From the NCBI GenBank assembly GCA_963848295.1, contig CAWKDB010000002.1, positions 1,088,001-1,152,000 on the forward strand: a stretch of DNA of 64,000 nt, written 5' to 3'. Position 1 is the stretch's first letter; every line of letters starts with the position of its first letter. This stretch comes from an uncultured delta proteobacterium. GTDB taxonomy: Bacteria; Myxococcota_A; Polyangia; Haliangiales; Haliangiaceae. The notes under the pieces are model-generated. The model was not told the origin of the DNA. It ran no database searches and worked only from the letters and a program-made list of their open reading frames with translations. This document shows, piece by piece, positions 42,056 through 50,759 of this stretch. The translations under genes were made by a program, and so were the position numbers.

Positions 42056-42211
42056 CGCGATCGCTGTCCTGGATCGGGACAGCGACGGTGTGTTCGAGAT
42101 CCGGACCTCGGGTTTCGGAAAAGCGCGCTTGAAAAACGCTGCGCGAATCTTGTAGAAAGATGCAATGAGGTCGTGTGGCGGGTTGGTAGCGCTGGTGACT
42201 GCTGCGTGCCC

Positions 42212-44523
42212 CAGACTTCGGGACGCTGATCTCATTGGAGTTGGGTTTCGAAGCGTAGGGGAAGGCGCTTGTGATCACTCGGCAGGATCAGGCCGCGCTG
42301 GGTAAGATGACCGAGCAGATGATGAATCGCGTCGAGCTCGGATCGATTGGCTGCGGGCGCGAGGCGGACGATGATGGCGTGTTCGGTGATTGCCACCTTT
42401 GCCGGCGCGGCGAACAGGTTCGCGACGAGCTTCTTCGCCTCTCGGGGCCGGCTCATGTGCGGTGCGGCGATCGCGGCCAGCTCGGACTCGGCGTTGGCGC
42501 AGACGACGCGGATGACGTCGATGACAGTCTTGAGCTTGCCCGTGTGGCGGACGAGCTTGCCGGCGAGCTCGGTCTCTTCGACGGCGGCGTGCTTCGGAAA
42601 CAGCGGGCGGAGCGCCTCGAGCTGCCGCTGCCATTCGAGCGACTCTGCGAGCTCGCGTTCGACACGCTCGCGTCGCTTGTCGTCCGCGGCCAGCCGCGCC
42701 AGCTCGCGGCGTGCGTCGCCCTCGGCGGTGCGCCAGACCCGCAGCGCGCGCTCGAGCTTTCGACGTGCCGGGTTCGGGATGATCGTCCCGGGTGGATACG
42801 GTTCGACGCGCCGGCCGTCGAGCTGGTTGATGCCCCAGCGCTCGACCCCGTGCTTGAAGCCGTTCTCCTGGCGCCAGCGGAGCCACAGGATCTCGACGAG
42901 CCGCTCCGCGGGCAGCTTCGAGGCGGCGAGCAAGCTCACCTGTCGACCATCTTCGGTGCAGACCATGATGCGACGAAGGCGCCCGCGACCCTCGCCGAGA
43001 TTTCGCAATCGGCTCTCGTGCAGCCCGACCTGTTCGCCCGCGATCGTCGCCGCTGTAAACGCCGTCGCCGGCAGCTCGGCGTAGGGCTTTCGCTCGTACG
43101 TGACGAAGTCGAAGTGGGCCTCGCGCAGCGCCGCGAGTTGCGCGGCAAACGCACCACCGCGATCGAAGGCGAGCAGGATCGTCTCGTCGGGGCCGAGCGC
43201 TTTGCGCAGGCGCTGGCCCAGGGGCAGCAGCCACTCGGTCAGGTGATCGTGCGACGGCACCGGCACGCGAAACATCGGCCGGCCGTCCTCGTCGTGGACG
43301 TAGTAGTCGGTCGTCCCGGGCAGCACGCGCTTGGCCTGCATCCGCCAGCCCTTTCGCACGACATGCTTGCCCGTATACGGCCGTAGATGGTTGTCGACGT
43401 AGAAGATCGCCGGGGCGCCGTCGCTCGCTGCGGTTGCGATCAGCCGCTCGGCCATCCGTGCCTCCAGCGCGGCGCCGGCGTCGGTCTGTGCGAGCAATCG
43501 ACCGAGGATCTTGCGGACCCCGCTGGCCGTGGGCACGCGCTCGGCGCGCAGCAGCGTCGCGCCGGTCGGTGTCGCGAGTCGGCGCACACCCTCGACGACG
43601 AATTGCTTGAGCGCGAGCGCACAGATCACCGCGTCGAGCGCGATCCGCAGCCCATCGGGATGCCGGCCCTCGAACGCGCGCTGCGCCTCTTCGTGCAGCC
43701 CCATCTCGCCGGCAAGCGCGAGCAAGATCCAGCAGCCGGCGTGCTGCACGAGCTTTCCGCCGCGGACCGGCTGCGCCGTCATCGGCACCTGATCCTTGTC
43801 GTCGAATTCGTCGGCCGTGACCGGATCGTCGCCGAGGTCGACATCGCGATCCGGTCCGGCGATCAGCAGTGCGAGCTGCCCGGCGATCGCGGTCGGCGCG
43901 GCCTGCCGTGCCGCCTCGACAGGGCTCCCGGCGGCGCGCTCACGACGCCAGTCGTCCCAAACGCGCCACACCGTCGAATACACGAGGCGCTGTTTGCGCG
44001 GCTGTTCGCGGTGCGCGTCGATCGGCATTCGCCCCGCGTCGAACATCGCGTACCAAACAGTTCGCAACTCCCGCGTTACCTTCGTAACTCCTCCGCGTCG
44101 CGGTCCCAGCACCGCAGCAAACCCCGCGGCTTCTTCCTTCCGCCGCAGGCGCCGCAAATGTTCGTCCGTGATCCCGAATGCTGTTGCCAGTCGCCCGAGG
44201 TGGAACTGATCGGTTTTCGCGAGCGTCACTGCCAGTACGTTGCGAGGGCCGCGGTCATCGTCGTCCAGATCGAACCCGCCGATCAGCGTCCCGCCGATGT
44301 ACACGCTCGCGATCGTGTCCCGGACGATCACCACCCCGTCCGACGAGAAACGCCGGATTTCGTGGGCGGGCTTTGGCGACGGCTCAGGCAAGGCGAGGTC
44401 GAGAGCTTCCATCGTTGCCAAGACAACCGCCAGCGATCCGAAATTCCCACAATCCATCGATCTAATCGAATTCTCGTAAACCCGCGTCATTCGATCAGTT
44501 CACGAAATGCGGCCCGAACTCTG
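42212..44523 (-). mobile_element. Complete insertion sequence, 2312 bp
   Basis: TIRs CAGACTTCGGGACGC / GCGGCCCGAACTCTG (13/15 match) and direct repeat GTGCCC at 42206-42211 and 44524-44529. Confidence 0.9.
42232..44490 (-). CDS. DDE transposase (IS4-superfamily-like) with N-terminal HTH
   Basis: FYVDNH, AFDRGG and RWRQENGFK catalytic-type motifs; fills the element. Confidence 0.88.
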   Translation of the reverse strand: MTRVYENSIRSMDCGNFGSLAVVLATMEALDLALPEPSPKPAHEIRRFSSDGVVIVRDTIASVYIGGTLIGGFDLDDDDRGPRNVLAVTLAKTDQFHLGRLATAFGITDEHLRRLRRKEEAAGFAAVLGPRRGGVTKVTRELRTVWYAMFDAGRMPIDAHREQPRKQRLVYSTVWRVWDDWRRERAAGSPVEAARQAAPTAIAGQLALLIAGPDRDVDLGDDPVTADEFDDKDQVPMTAQPVRGGKLVQHAGCWILLALAGEMGLHEEAQRAFEGRHPDGLRIALDAVICALALKQFVVEGVRRLATPTGATLLRAERVPTASGVRKILGRLLAQTDAGAALEARMAERLIATAASDGAPAIFYVDNHLRPYTGKHVVRKGWRMQAKRVLPGTTDYYVHDEDGRPMFRVPVPSHDHLTEWLLPLGQRLRKALGPDETILLAFDRGGAFAAQLAALREAHFDFVTYERKPYAELPATAFTAATIAGEQVGLHESRLRNLGEGRGRLRRIMVCTEDGRQVSLLAASKLPAERLVEILWLRWRQENGFKHGVERWGINQLDGRRVEPYPPGTIIPNPARRKLERALRVWRTAEGDARRELARLAADDKRRERVERELAESLEWQRQLEALRPLFPKHAAVEETELAGKLVRHTGKLKTVIDVIRVVCANAESELAAIAAPHMSRPREAKKLVANLFAAPAKVAITEHAIIVRLAPAANRSELDAIHHLLGHLTQRGLILPSDHKRLPLRFETQLQ

Positions 44524-44692
44524 GTGCCCGAGCGCTGACTTTGTTCTGAGCATCGATGCCAGGACGTAATTCAGTTGGCTGTTCCCACCGTGTCTTAGAA
44601 TCGACTCGCGAGTGCGATGCCTGCCGCGATCACGGCACGCGATCGGGTTCGGTGGCGTCGGATCTGCGCATAGCGCTTCTCGCCGCGACGCT

Positions 44693-45094
44693 CTACGTTG
44701 TCATCACGACGTCGATGTCCACGTTCGCGCCGAGTGCTACAAGCGTGATTAATAGCTCTACGGGGAAATGCAGAGCCGGGATCGTGGACGACGTGAACCA
44801 CACTTCGAGACAGACGTTGCAGCCTGATCGAGTCAGGTCCAAAAATCGGTTTTCCCGTCCTTTGACTCTAGCAAGCAGGCCGGCAATGAACGCGGGCAGC
44901 TCCAGACCCGCGTCGGCGTCATTCGGTTCCTGGCTGCAGAGCTTCCAGCAGTGTCGCTTTCGTTTTCGGTGCTCTCCGGGTGGCGGAAACCGCTCTCCCT
45001 TCCGCCAGCTCGTATCGGCGGTCATATCTAGTTGAAGCTGGATATGGTCGGGATCGAGATCGTCGCTAAACACTGCCAGGTTGACCGTCAACAC
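44693..45094 (-). CDS. DUF4279-like small protein
   Basis: DDLDPDHI...SWRKGE...WKL...LGANVDIDV pattern; lower GC than the flanks. Confidence 0.7.
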   Translation of the reverse strand: MLTVNLAVFSDDLDPDHIQLQLDMTADTSWRKGERFPPPGEHRKRKRHCWKLCSQEPNDADAGLELPAFIAGLLARVKGRENRFLDLTRSGCNVCLEVWFTSSTIPALHFPVELLITLVALGANVDIDVVMTT

Positions 45095-45164
45095 GGACGC
45101 ACTCTACGCGAACGCGTGCCAGCGGAGCGTAGCCTACCGTCGCATGTGACTGCGAGCCGGCGTC

Positions 45165-45941
45165 CTACCACGTCGTGAACGGCTGGCCGATACCTACGTC
45201 CTCATACCAGACGTGCTCGCGGAGCTGGCGGGCGAGCATCGTTCGGATCGCGGTCCCCGTCGATGTCAGCGGCACTCCGTTCTCGAAGCCATCGCCGAGC
45301 TGCGGATCCTCGAGAGTGGCCTTCGCCGCGATGGCGTAGGTCGCCGCCGCGATGATCTGAGCCACGAGTGACGCACCGCTGCGCCCCGCCGCCGTCCGGA
45401 ACCACGCGCGCTGCTCGGTGCTGATCTCGCCGCGCTCGATCGAGGCGACCTTGGCACGAGCCTCGTCGATGATCATCGGCGCCGAGTTGATTTCGACCAG
45501 CGTCGCGATCCCACGGCGCAGGCGGGCGAGCGCGGCCTCGTCGGCCCGCGGACACGGCCCGAGCTCCTCGACGGTGAACTCGAAGTCCGCGCGTAAGGGA
45601 CCCGCGGTGATGAACTCGCGCGCCAGCGGAAACAGGTTCCGGTTCGCGATCTCCAGGCGCGCCGGCACCATGCCGTAGTGGGTCTCGAGCACGAAGCGTG
45701 GGTCGAACTCTAGCTTCACGTTGAGCAGCATCAGGTACAGCTGCCATTGCTCGATCGAGGTCGTGCGCCCCCCGCGGACCGTCAGCTCGAATGACACGCG
45801 GTACGCTACTCCTGGATGACCTGCGGCGGCAACTGACGTGGATGCGACGTGCGCAATGCGCTTGTCGATGCCACGCGCTTCAACTCCCCGTGGTGAGAGA
45901 TCCGCCGGTTCGAGTACGACCTCAACATCGAGATTTGGCAC
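45165..45941 (-). CDS. Hypothetical protein (258 aa)
   Basis: Long ORF with normal composition; no recognised family. Confidence 0.65.
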   Translation of the reverse strand: MPNLDVEVVLEPADLSPRGVEARGIDKRIAHVASTSVAAAGHPGVAYRVSFELTVRGGRTTSIEQWQLYLMLLNVKLEFDPRFVLETHYGMVPARLEIANRNLFPLAREFITAGPLRADFEFTVEELGPCPRADEAALARLRRGIATLVEINSAPMIIDEARAKVASIERGEISTEQRAWFRTAAGRSGASLVAQIIAAATYAIAAKATLEDPQLGDGFENGVPLTSTGTAIRTMLARQLREHVWYEDVGIGQPFTTW

Positions 45942-45970
45942 CGAACCTTATCGGGTCACTACGCCGGCGC

Positions 45971-46084
45971 ATAGAGTTGGAGAAGGTGTTCCGCAGCCTC
46001 CCGAAGCCAAGTGCGCTTCGCGATGCGAACGAGGCGAAGACACGCATCGTCTACATCGACCGTATCTTGAACGCGTGCGGCTGC
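45971..46084 (+). pseudogene. Possible fragment of an HsdR-N-like (restriction-type) protein
   Basis: NEAKTRIVYIDRILNACG resembles the NEAxTRxxxIDxIL N-terminal motif; no continuation. Confidence 0.3.
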
Positions 46085-46250
46085 GCGCTACGGCGAGCGG
46101 CGGATCGGAAAGTCAGTCCGCAGTTGCGGAGCCAGGGTGCCAAGGAAGACGCAAAAAGGCTAGGATCGAGCACCTCGCAATGTCGATACGTAGCCTCGCG
46201 TTCGCGACCGTGCTGGTGGCAACGTCGCAAGCCATCGCATCACCCTGTAC

Positions 46251-47468
46251 CGTCGCCGGACCCGCCGGACCCGACCGGAGGTCCTTTCGTCCAGCCGGCA
46301 ACAATCGACGACGAATCCCGCGAGTCGCGTACCTGGCCCTCGCGGGTGGTCGCGCCCTGCCCCACTGCGCGACCGACGCAGCGATGGTTCACCATGCAGC
46401 GGCGACGCACGACGGTCGGTCGAGCGTTAATAGCGATGGCGGTGGAGTCGCTCAGAGCGGGACGAGCGGGACGGGTTCCGTAGCAACGCCGGCGAACCGC
46501 GCGAGCCAATAGGTGCCGGATGGAAACAGCGAGGCAACTCGCGTCCTCCAAACCGCGAGCGCGAAGCGGTACGCGGCAAGAAACGAGTGGTACTTGCCGA
46601 GCGCCTCTGTGCGTGACTCGGTCCGGCCCGCGAAGCGCGGACGTAGGTTGCGCCGAGGCACGACAGAAGAGGGCGCCTCGTCCCAGCGTTGCTCCAGGAT
46701 TCGGCGGCGCCCGCAGACCGACGCACCGGTGTTACGCCGCTCCTCCGCAGCCTCGCGCTCGACACGCTCGACGCCCGCGCATACTTCGGCGATGAACGCG
46801 TCGGCCGGGCCGAGCTCGGCAGGAATCGTCATGCGGAGCTCGATCTCGTCGGGCAGCGCACCCGGACCACGAAAAAAGTGACGGGGTCGCGTTGCCCGCA
46901 GGCCCCGCCCCGACACGAGATTTGTGTACGTGTTCACGCCCGGCCAGTGGTGGACGCGCGCGACGAGACCATCTTTGACCGGATTGGTGATGGCATAGAC
47001 GACTTTGGCGATCACGGTCTCCCGATCGAGCAGCCGGGTCACGCACGGCTCCTCCGCGGCCCAGAAGTTCTCCCACCGCCCGCGCAGCGCGTTCTGGCTA
47101 CGAGCGACCAGGCTATGAAAGTACGTGAGGAACTCGGGATAGCGACCGTCGCGGTCGTAGATCGTCGTATGGTGGTGATTCGACTCCGCGACCGTATGGA
47201 CCACCTCCATCCCGCAGCGCTGCGCAGCGACCGCGAGGCAGTAGGCGTATGCGTTGTTCGTCGCGGCATCGGGCCGCAGCAAGAACCACCGGTTCGCACA
47301 ACGCCGAGTGATCAAGTGGAACTGGTTGCGAAGGACTTGGCGAGGTCGCGTCACGCGCATGACGTTCGCAAGAACCGCTCCGTCCCAACCCCGTGATCCT
47401 TGGAGTGCGTTTGTCCGAGCTGTCCGAGTTTGGCCGGATCCGGCCGGACAATGACCTCCGGTTCGGTC
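46251..47468 (-). mobile_element. HUH/Y1 transposase unit bounded by inverted short hairpins
   Basis: GGACC-cgaccgga-GGTCC at 46267-46284 and inverted GACC-tccggttc-GGTC at 47453-47468 flank the transposase; left part is duplicated. Confidence 0.65.
46452..47360 (-). CDS. HUH Y1 tyrosine transposase (RAYT/IS200-like)
   Basis: HLITRRC, SNHHH (HUH-like), NFW, YAITNPVKDGLV...WPG. Confidence 0.88.
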   Translation of the reverse strand: MRVTRPRQVLRNQFHLITRRCANRWFLLRPDAATNNAYAYCLAVAAQRCGMEVVHTVAESNHHHTTIYDRDGRYPEFLTYFHSLVARSQNALRGRWENFWAAEEPCVTRLLDRETVIAKVVYAITNPVKDGLVARVHHWPGVNTYTNLVSGRGLRATRPRHFFRGPGALPDEIELRMTIPAELGPADAFIAEVCAGVERVEREAAEERRNTGASVCGRRRILEQRWDEAPSSVVPRRNLRPRFAGRTESRTEALGKYHSFLAAYRFALAVWRTRVASLFPSGTYWLARFAGVATEPVPLVPL

Positions 47469-47472
47469 TGGC

Positions 47473-47718
47473 GCCGATCTTCCATCGGCGTACTTCGTGG
47501 TCGACGAAACTGAAGGGGCGTACGACGCCATGGTTCTGTACGCGGCGCTAATGGAGGATTGGGCACGTTCAGTTCTGGGATCCGGGAAGAGCATTTCTGA
47601 GGTCTATCCGGTTGCTGCCGAACCAACGCGCGCAAACGCCATCGCTCTTTTGTCGCGGGTAGCGTTCATCCGAGAAGCTGTACTTCCAAACGTCCGTGCG
47701 ACGATGAACGCATCTTAG
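47473..47718 (+). pseudogene. 5'-truncated DUF4826-like gene
   Basis: DLPSAYFV...YAALMEDW...YPVAAEPT...LSRVAFI begins directly after the hairpin at 47453-47468. Confidence 0.5.
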
Positions 47719-47741
47719 GGCCCGCGCGCCGGGCCGAATCG

Positions 47742-48569
47742 CGTCGGCCGGACCGCCCGGACCCGACCGGAGGTTCTTTCGTCCAGCCGGCAACAATCGG
47801 CGACGAATCCCGCGAGTCGCGTACCTGGCCCTCGCGGGTGGTCGCGCCCTGCCCCACTGCGCGACCGACGCAGCGATGGTTCACCATGCAGCGGCGACGC
47901 ACGACGGTCGGTCGAGCGTTAATAGCGATGGCGGTGGAGTCGCTCAGAGCGGGACGAGCGGGACGGGTTCCGTGGGTTCCGTAGCAACGCCGGCGAACCG
48001 CGCGAGCCAATAGGTGCCGGATGGAAACAGCGAGGCAACTCGCGTCCTCCAAACCGCGAGCGCGAAGCGGTACGCGGCAAGAAACGAGTGGTACTTGCCG
48101 AGCGCCTCTGTGCGTGACTCGGTCCGGCCCGCGAAGCGCGGACGTAGGTTGCGCCGAGGCACGACAGAAGAGGGCGCCTCGTCCCAGCGTTGCTCCAGGA
48201 TTCGGCGGCGCCCGCAGACCGACGCACCGGTGTTACGCCGCTCCTCCGCAGCCTCGCGCTCGACACGCTCGACGCCCGCGCATACTTCGGCGATGAACGC
48301 GTCGGCCGGGCCGAGCTCGGCAGGAATCGTCATGCGGAGCTCGATCTCGTCGGGCAGCGCACCCGGACCACGAAAAAAGTGACGGGGTCGCGTTGCCCGC
48401 AGGCCCCGCCCCGACACGAGATTTGTGTACGTGTTCACGCCCGGCCAGTGGTGGACGCGCGCGACGAGACCATCTTTGACCGGATTGGTGATGGCATAGA
48501 CGACTTTGGCGATCACGGTCTCCCGATCGAGCAGCCGGGTCACGCACGGCTCCTCCGCGGCCCAGAAGT
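47742..48569 (-). mobile_element. Second, 5'-truncated copy of the Y1 transposase unit
   Basis: Near-identical to 46251-47068 with a 9-bp duplication near 47966; lacks the HUH-encoding 5' part. Confidence 0.9.
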
Positions 48570-48570
48570 C

Positions 48571-48656
48571 ATCTACCTCGACATGTCCCTGCTCGACGAC
48601 AACTACGCCGCAGCAGCGTGACCACCCAGCAACTCGTGATGATCTCCTTCACGCAT
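48571..48656 (+). mobile_element. IS256-like transposase 3' remnant, copy 1
   Basis: Encodes IYLDMSLLDDNYAAAA-stop; last 60 bp repeated at 48965-49025. Confidence 0.5.
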
Positions 48657-48694
48657 CGCGGCCCGCAAAGTAGAATACGTGGCGAGATACCGCA

Positions 48695-48955
48695 ATGTGG
48701 CGAGCGATCAAGAAAATGTTGGGCCTGCCGACCGAACCGGAGAAGGCCGCGAGACAAGCGTTCAGCAAACGCCATCCCGACCGCATCATGTGGACCACTC
48801 TCGCGGCCAATGAAACCACTCGGTTCGTCGTCGGCGTTTTCTACGCCTGGGGAGGGATACCTCCCAGATACCGCTTCTACGCCGTGGAGAAAGCGACGAT
48901 GGCGGCCGAGGAACTACAAGACGACGCGGCGTACCGACCCAAGATCTGGCGGTGA
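48695..48955 (+). CDS. Small hypothetical protein (86 aa)
   Basis: ATG start, TAGAAT box upstream, normal composition. Confidence 0.65.
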   Translation: MWRAIKKMLGLPTEPEKAARQAFSKRHPDRIMWTTLAANETTRFVVGVFYAWGGIPPRYRFYAVEKATMAAEELQDDAAYRPKIWR

Positions 48956-48964
48956 CATCGACTT

Positions 48965-49049
48965 CGACAACTACGCCACCGCCGCGTGACCAACCAGCAA
49001 CTCGCGATGATCACCGTTCACGCATTCACACAAGATTTCGGACTTGACC
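48965..49049 (+). mobile_element. IS256-like 3' remnant, copy 2, with putative terminal IR
   Basis: DNYATAA-stop, then TCACACAAGATTTCGGACTTGACC, resembling IS256-family right ends. Confidence 0.5.
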
Positions 49050-49349
49050 CGGCTGCGCCCGCAGTACATCAAGCTCGATCGCGAGCTGATCATCGGGATC
49101 GATCGCGACCCGGAGCGCGCAGCGTTGGTCGGTGCGCTCGCTGATTACGGCACGCGAACCGGTGGGTGTGTGGTCGCCGAGTCGATCGAAACCGAAGCCG
49201 AGCTTCGCGCGGTGACCGCCGCCGGTGTCCACTGCGGCCAGGGCTTCCTACTCGGTCGCCCGGGCGATCTCACGGATGCGCCGTCGCCGATCGCAAGGCT
49301 CGGCACCCATGCGCCATGCCGGCGCGCCTCGACCTCGACGACGACGTGA
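49050..49349 (+). pseudogene. C-terminal fragment of an EAL phosphodiesterase
   Basis: RPQYIKLDR, VVAESIET and GQGFLLGRP; N-terminal part absent. Confidence 0.85.
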
Positions 49350-50293
49350 CGCCGACGTTGTCGCGCCTGGTCGACGACCTCCACGGCTTCGATGATTTCG
49401 CACAGGCGCTCCATCACGTGACCGAGTGCGCCCGTGAATTGATCGACGTCGAGCGGGTGAACCTGCGGCTCCTCGACGAGACCCGTACTCGATTGCTGAT
49501 CGCGGCTCGTTCAGGGCCGCCCATGCACGAAGATCAACGAACCGAATTCCGCATCGGCGAAGGGCTGGTCGGCTGGGTCGCGGCGAATGGGATTCCGCTC
49601 CGCCTCGCATGTGCCGACGAGGATCCGCGATTCGCGCTGAGGTCTAACCTCGCGGCGCCGATCGGGTCATTCGTCGGCGTGCCGGTGCTCGATGCCGACG
49701 GGTGTATCGGAGTGCTCTCGGCCGCCTCGACGCTGAACGCACGATTTTCGCCGTCCGATGAGGCTCGGCTCCGGCTCGTCGCTGGAATCGTTTCGCCCCA
49801 CTTGCAGATCGTGCGATTGCGCCGGCTCGCCAAGACCGACCCGTTGACGTGCGTGCTCAATCGGCACGCACTCGACGACGTGCTACCCGAGATCCCGCAG
49901 GGCGATGCGAAGTTCTCGGTCGCGATGATCGATCTCGACCACTTCAAGGCGATCAACGACCGGCTCGGCCACGCAGCTGGGGATGAGACGCTGCGCGCGG
50001 CAGCTGCCGCGATCATCTCGGTGCTCCGCCGTGACGACGATGTCGTACGGATCGGCGGCGAGGAGTTTCTGGTCGTGTTGCCCGGAGTCGACGTCGAGAC
50101 CGCCCGGGCGATTGCAGATCGCGCGCGCATCCGAATCGCTGAAGCGGACGTGCTTCCGGCGGAGCGGATCACGGCATCCGCCGGCGTGACCGAGCGCCGC
50201 CCAGATGAAACACGCGAGCGCCTGCTCCATCGCGTCGACGCGGCTCTCTATCGGGCCAAGGCACTCGGGCGCAACCGCGTCGTCGTTGAGTGA
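49316..50293 (+). CDS. GAF-GGDEF diguanylate cyclase
   Basis: GEGLVGWV GAF, DPLT, DLDHFKAIND, RxxD I-site, GGEEF and LYRAKALGRN. Confidence 0.95.
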   Translation: MPARLDLDDDVTPTLSRLVDDLHGFDDFAQALHHVTECARELIDVERVNLRLLDETRTRLLIAARSGPPMHEDQRTEFRIGEGLVGWVAANGIPLRLACADEDPRFALRSNLAAPIGSFVGVPVLDADGCIGVLSAASTLNARFSPSDEARLRLVAGIVSPHLQIVRLRRLAKTDPLTCVLNRHALDDVLPEIPQGDAKFSVAMIDLDHFKAINDRLGHAAGDETLRAAAAAIISVLRRDDDVVRIGGEEFLVVLPGVDVETARAIADRARIRIAEADVLPAERITASAGVTERRPDETRERLLHRVDAALYRAKALGRNRVVVE

Positions 50294-50503
50294 AGTCTCG
50301 CGACGCCTGTCGCCATCGTCAGCAGTTGCCATTGTTCATCCCCGACCGGAGATTCCTCAGACGCGACCGGGTTCAGAACCGACCGGAGGTTCTGGCGTAC
50401 CGGCGCTCGTGACCGACCGGCCAAGTTGCCCGCGCCCCGCGATCGCCCGCATCTCGTCTGCCCCCCATCGCTCTCGAGGGGGGTTGTCGCGAGGTGCGCG
50501 CGA

Positions 50504-50676
50504 TCGCGGCTGCGCGCGCGACCGGAGCGGGACCTTGGGGTCCAAGCGCGTAACTTCCAAGCCGATCATCGTGCGTCGGCGTAGCAAAACGCGATGCACC
50601 GCCCGTGGTCCCGCACCGCCCACCGCGCGCCGCGCGCGGGAACCCAAGGTCACCGCTCCAGCGCGCGTAGCCGCGA
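50504..50676. repeat. Long hairpin element, right copy (core 50537-50645), inverted relative to the left copy
   Basis: GGAGCGG-GACCTTGGG pairs with CCCAAGGTC-a-CCGCTCC around the conserved core. Confidence 0.85.
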
Positions 50677-50749
50677 GGGCGCAACGCTGCGAGAGCGCGC
50701 GCAGCCGCGAGGGCGCAACGCTGCGAGAGCGCGCGCAGCCGCGAGGGCG
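50669..50749. repeat. 34-bp tandem repeat, about 2.4 copies
   Basis: AGCCGCGAGGGCGCAACGCTGCGAGAGCGCGCGC at 50669 and 50703, partial at 50737. Confidence 0.9.
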
Positions 50750-50759
50750 TGACGCCGCG

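Noticed and set aside
42140..42170. CGAATCTTGTAGAA as the matching left end of the IS256-like remnant
   Set aside because: Only a short partial match and no terminal bases or target duplication.
44588..44610. GTGTCTTAGAA as an IS5-type end
   Set aside because: Too short, with no partner end or transposase.
46085..46451. TnpB/IscB gene or guide RNA downstream of the Y1 transposase
   Set aside because: No RuvC-like ORF nearby; the conserved ~200-bp 3' flank cannot be called an RNA from sequence alone.
48597..49025. Direct repeats as a CRISPR array
   Set aside because: Only two diverged ~60-bp copies, the spacer is a 300-bp gene, and no cas genes are present.
41883..50676. Island as an integron with attC sites
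   Set aside because: No tyrosine recombinase in the window, no convincing RYYYAAC/GTTRRRY boxes, and cargo lies on both strands.
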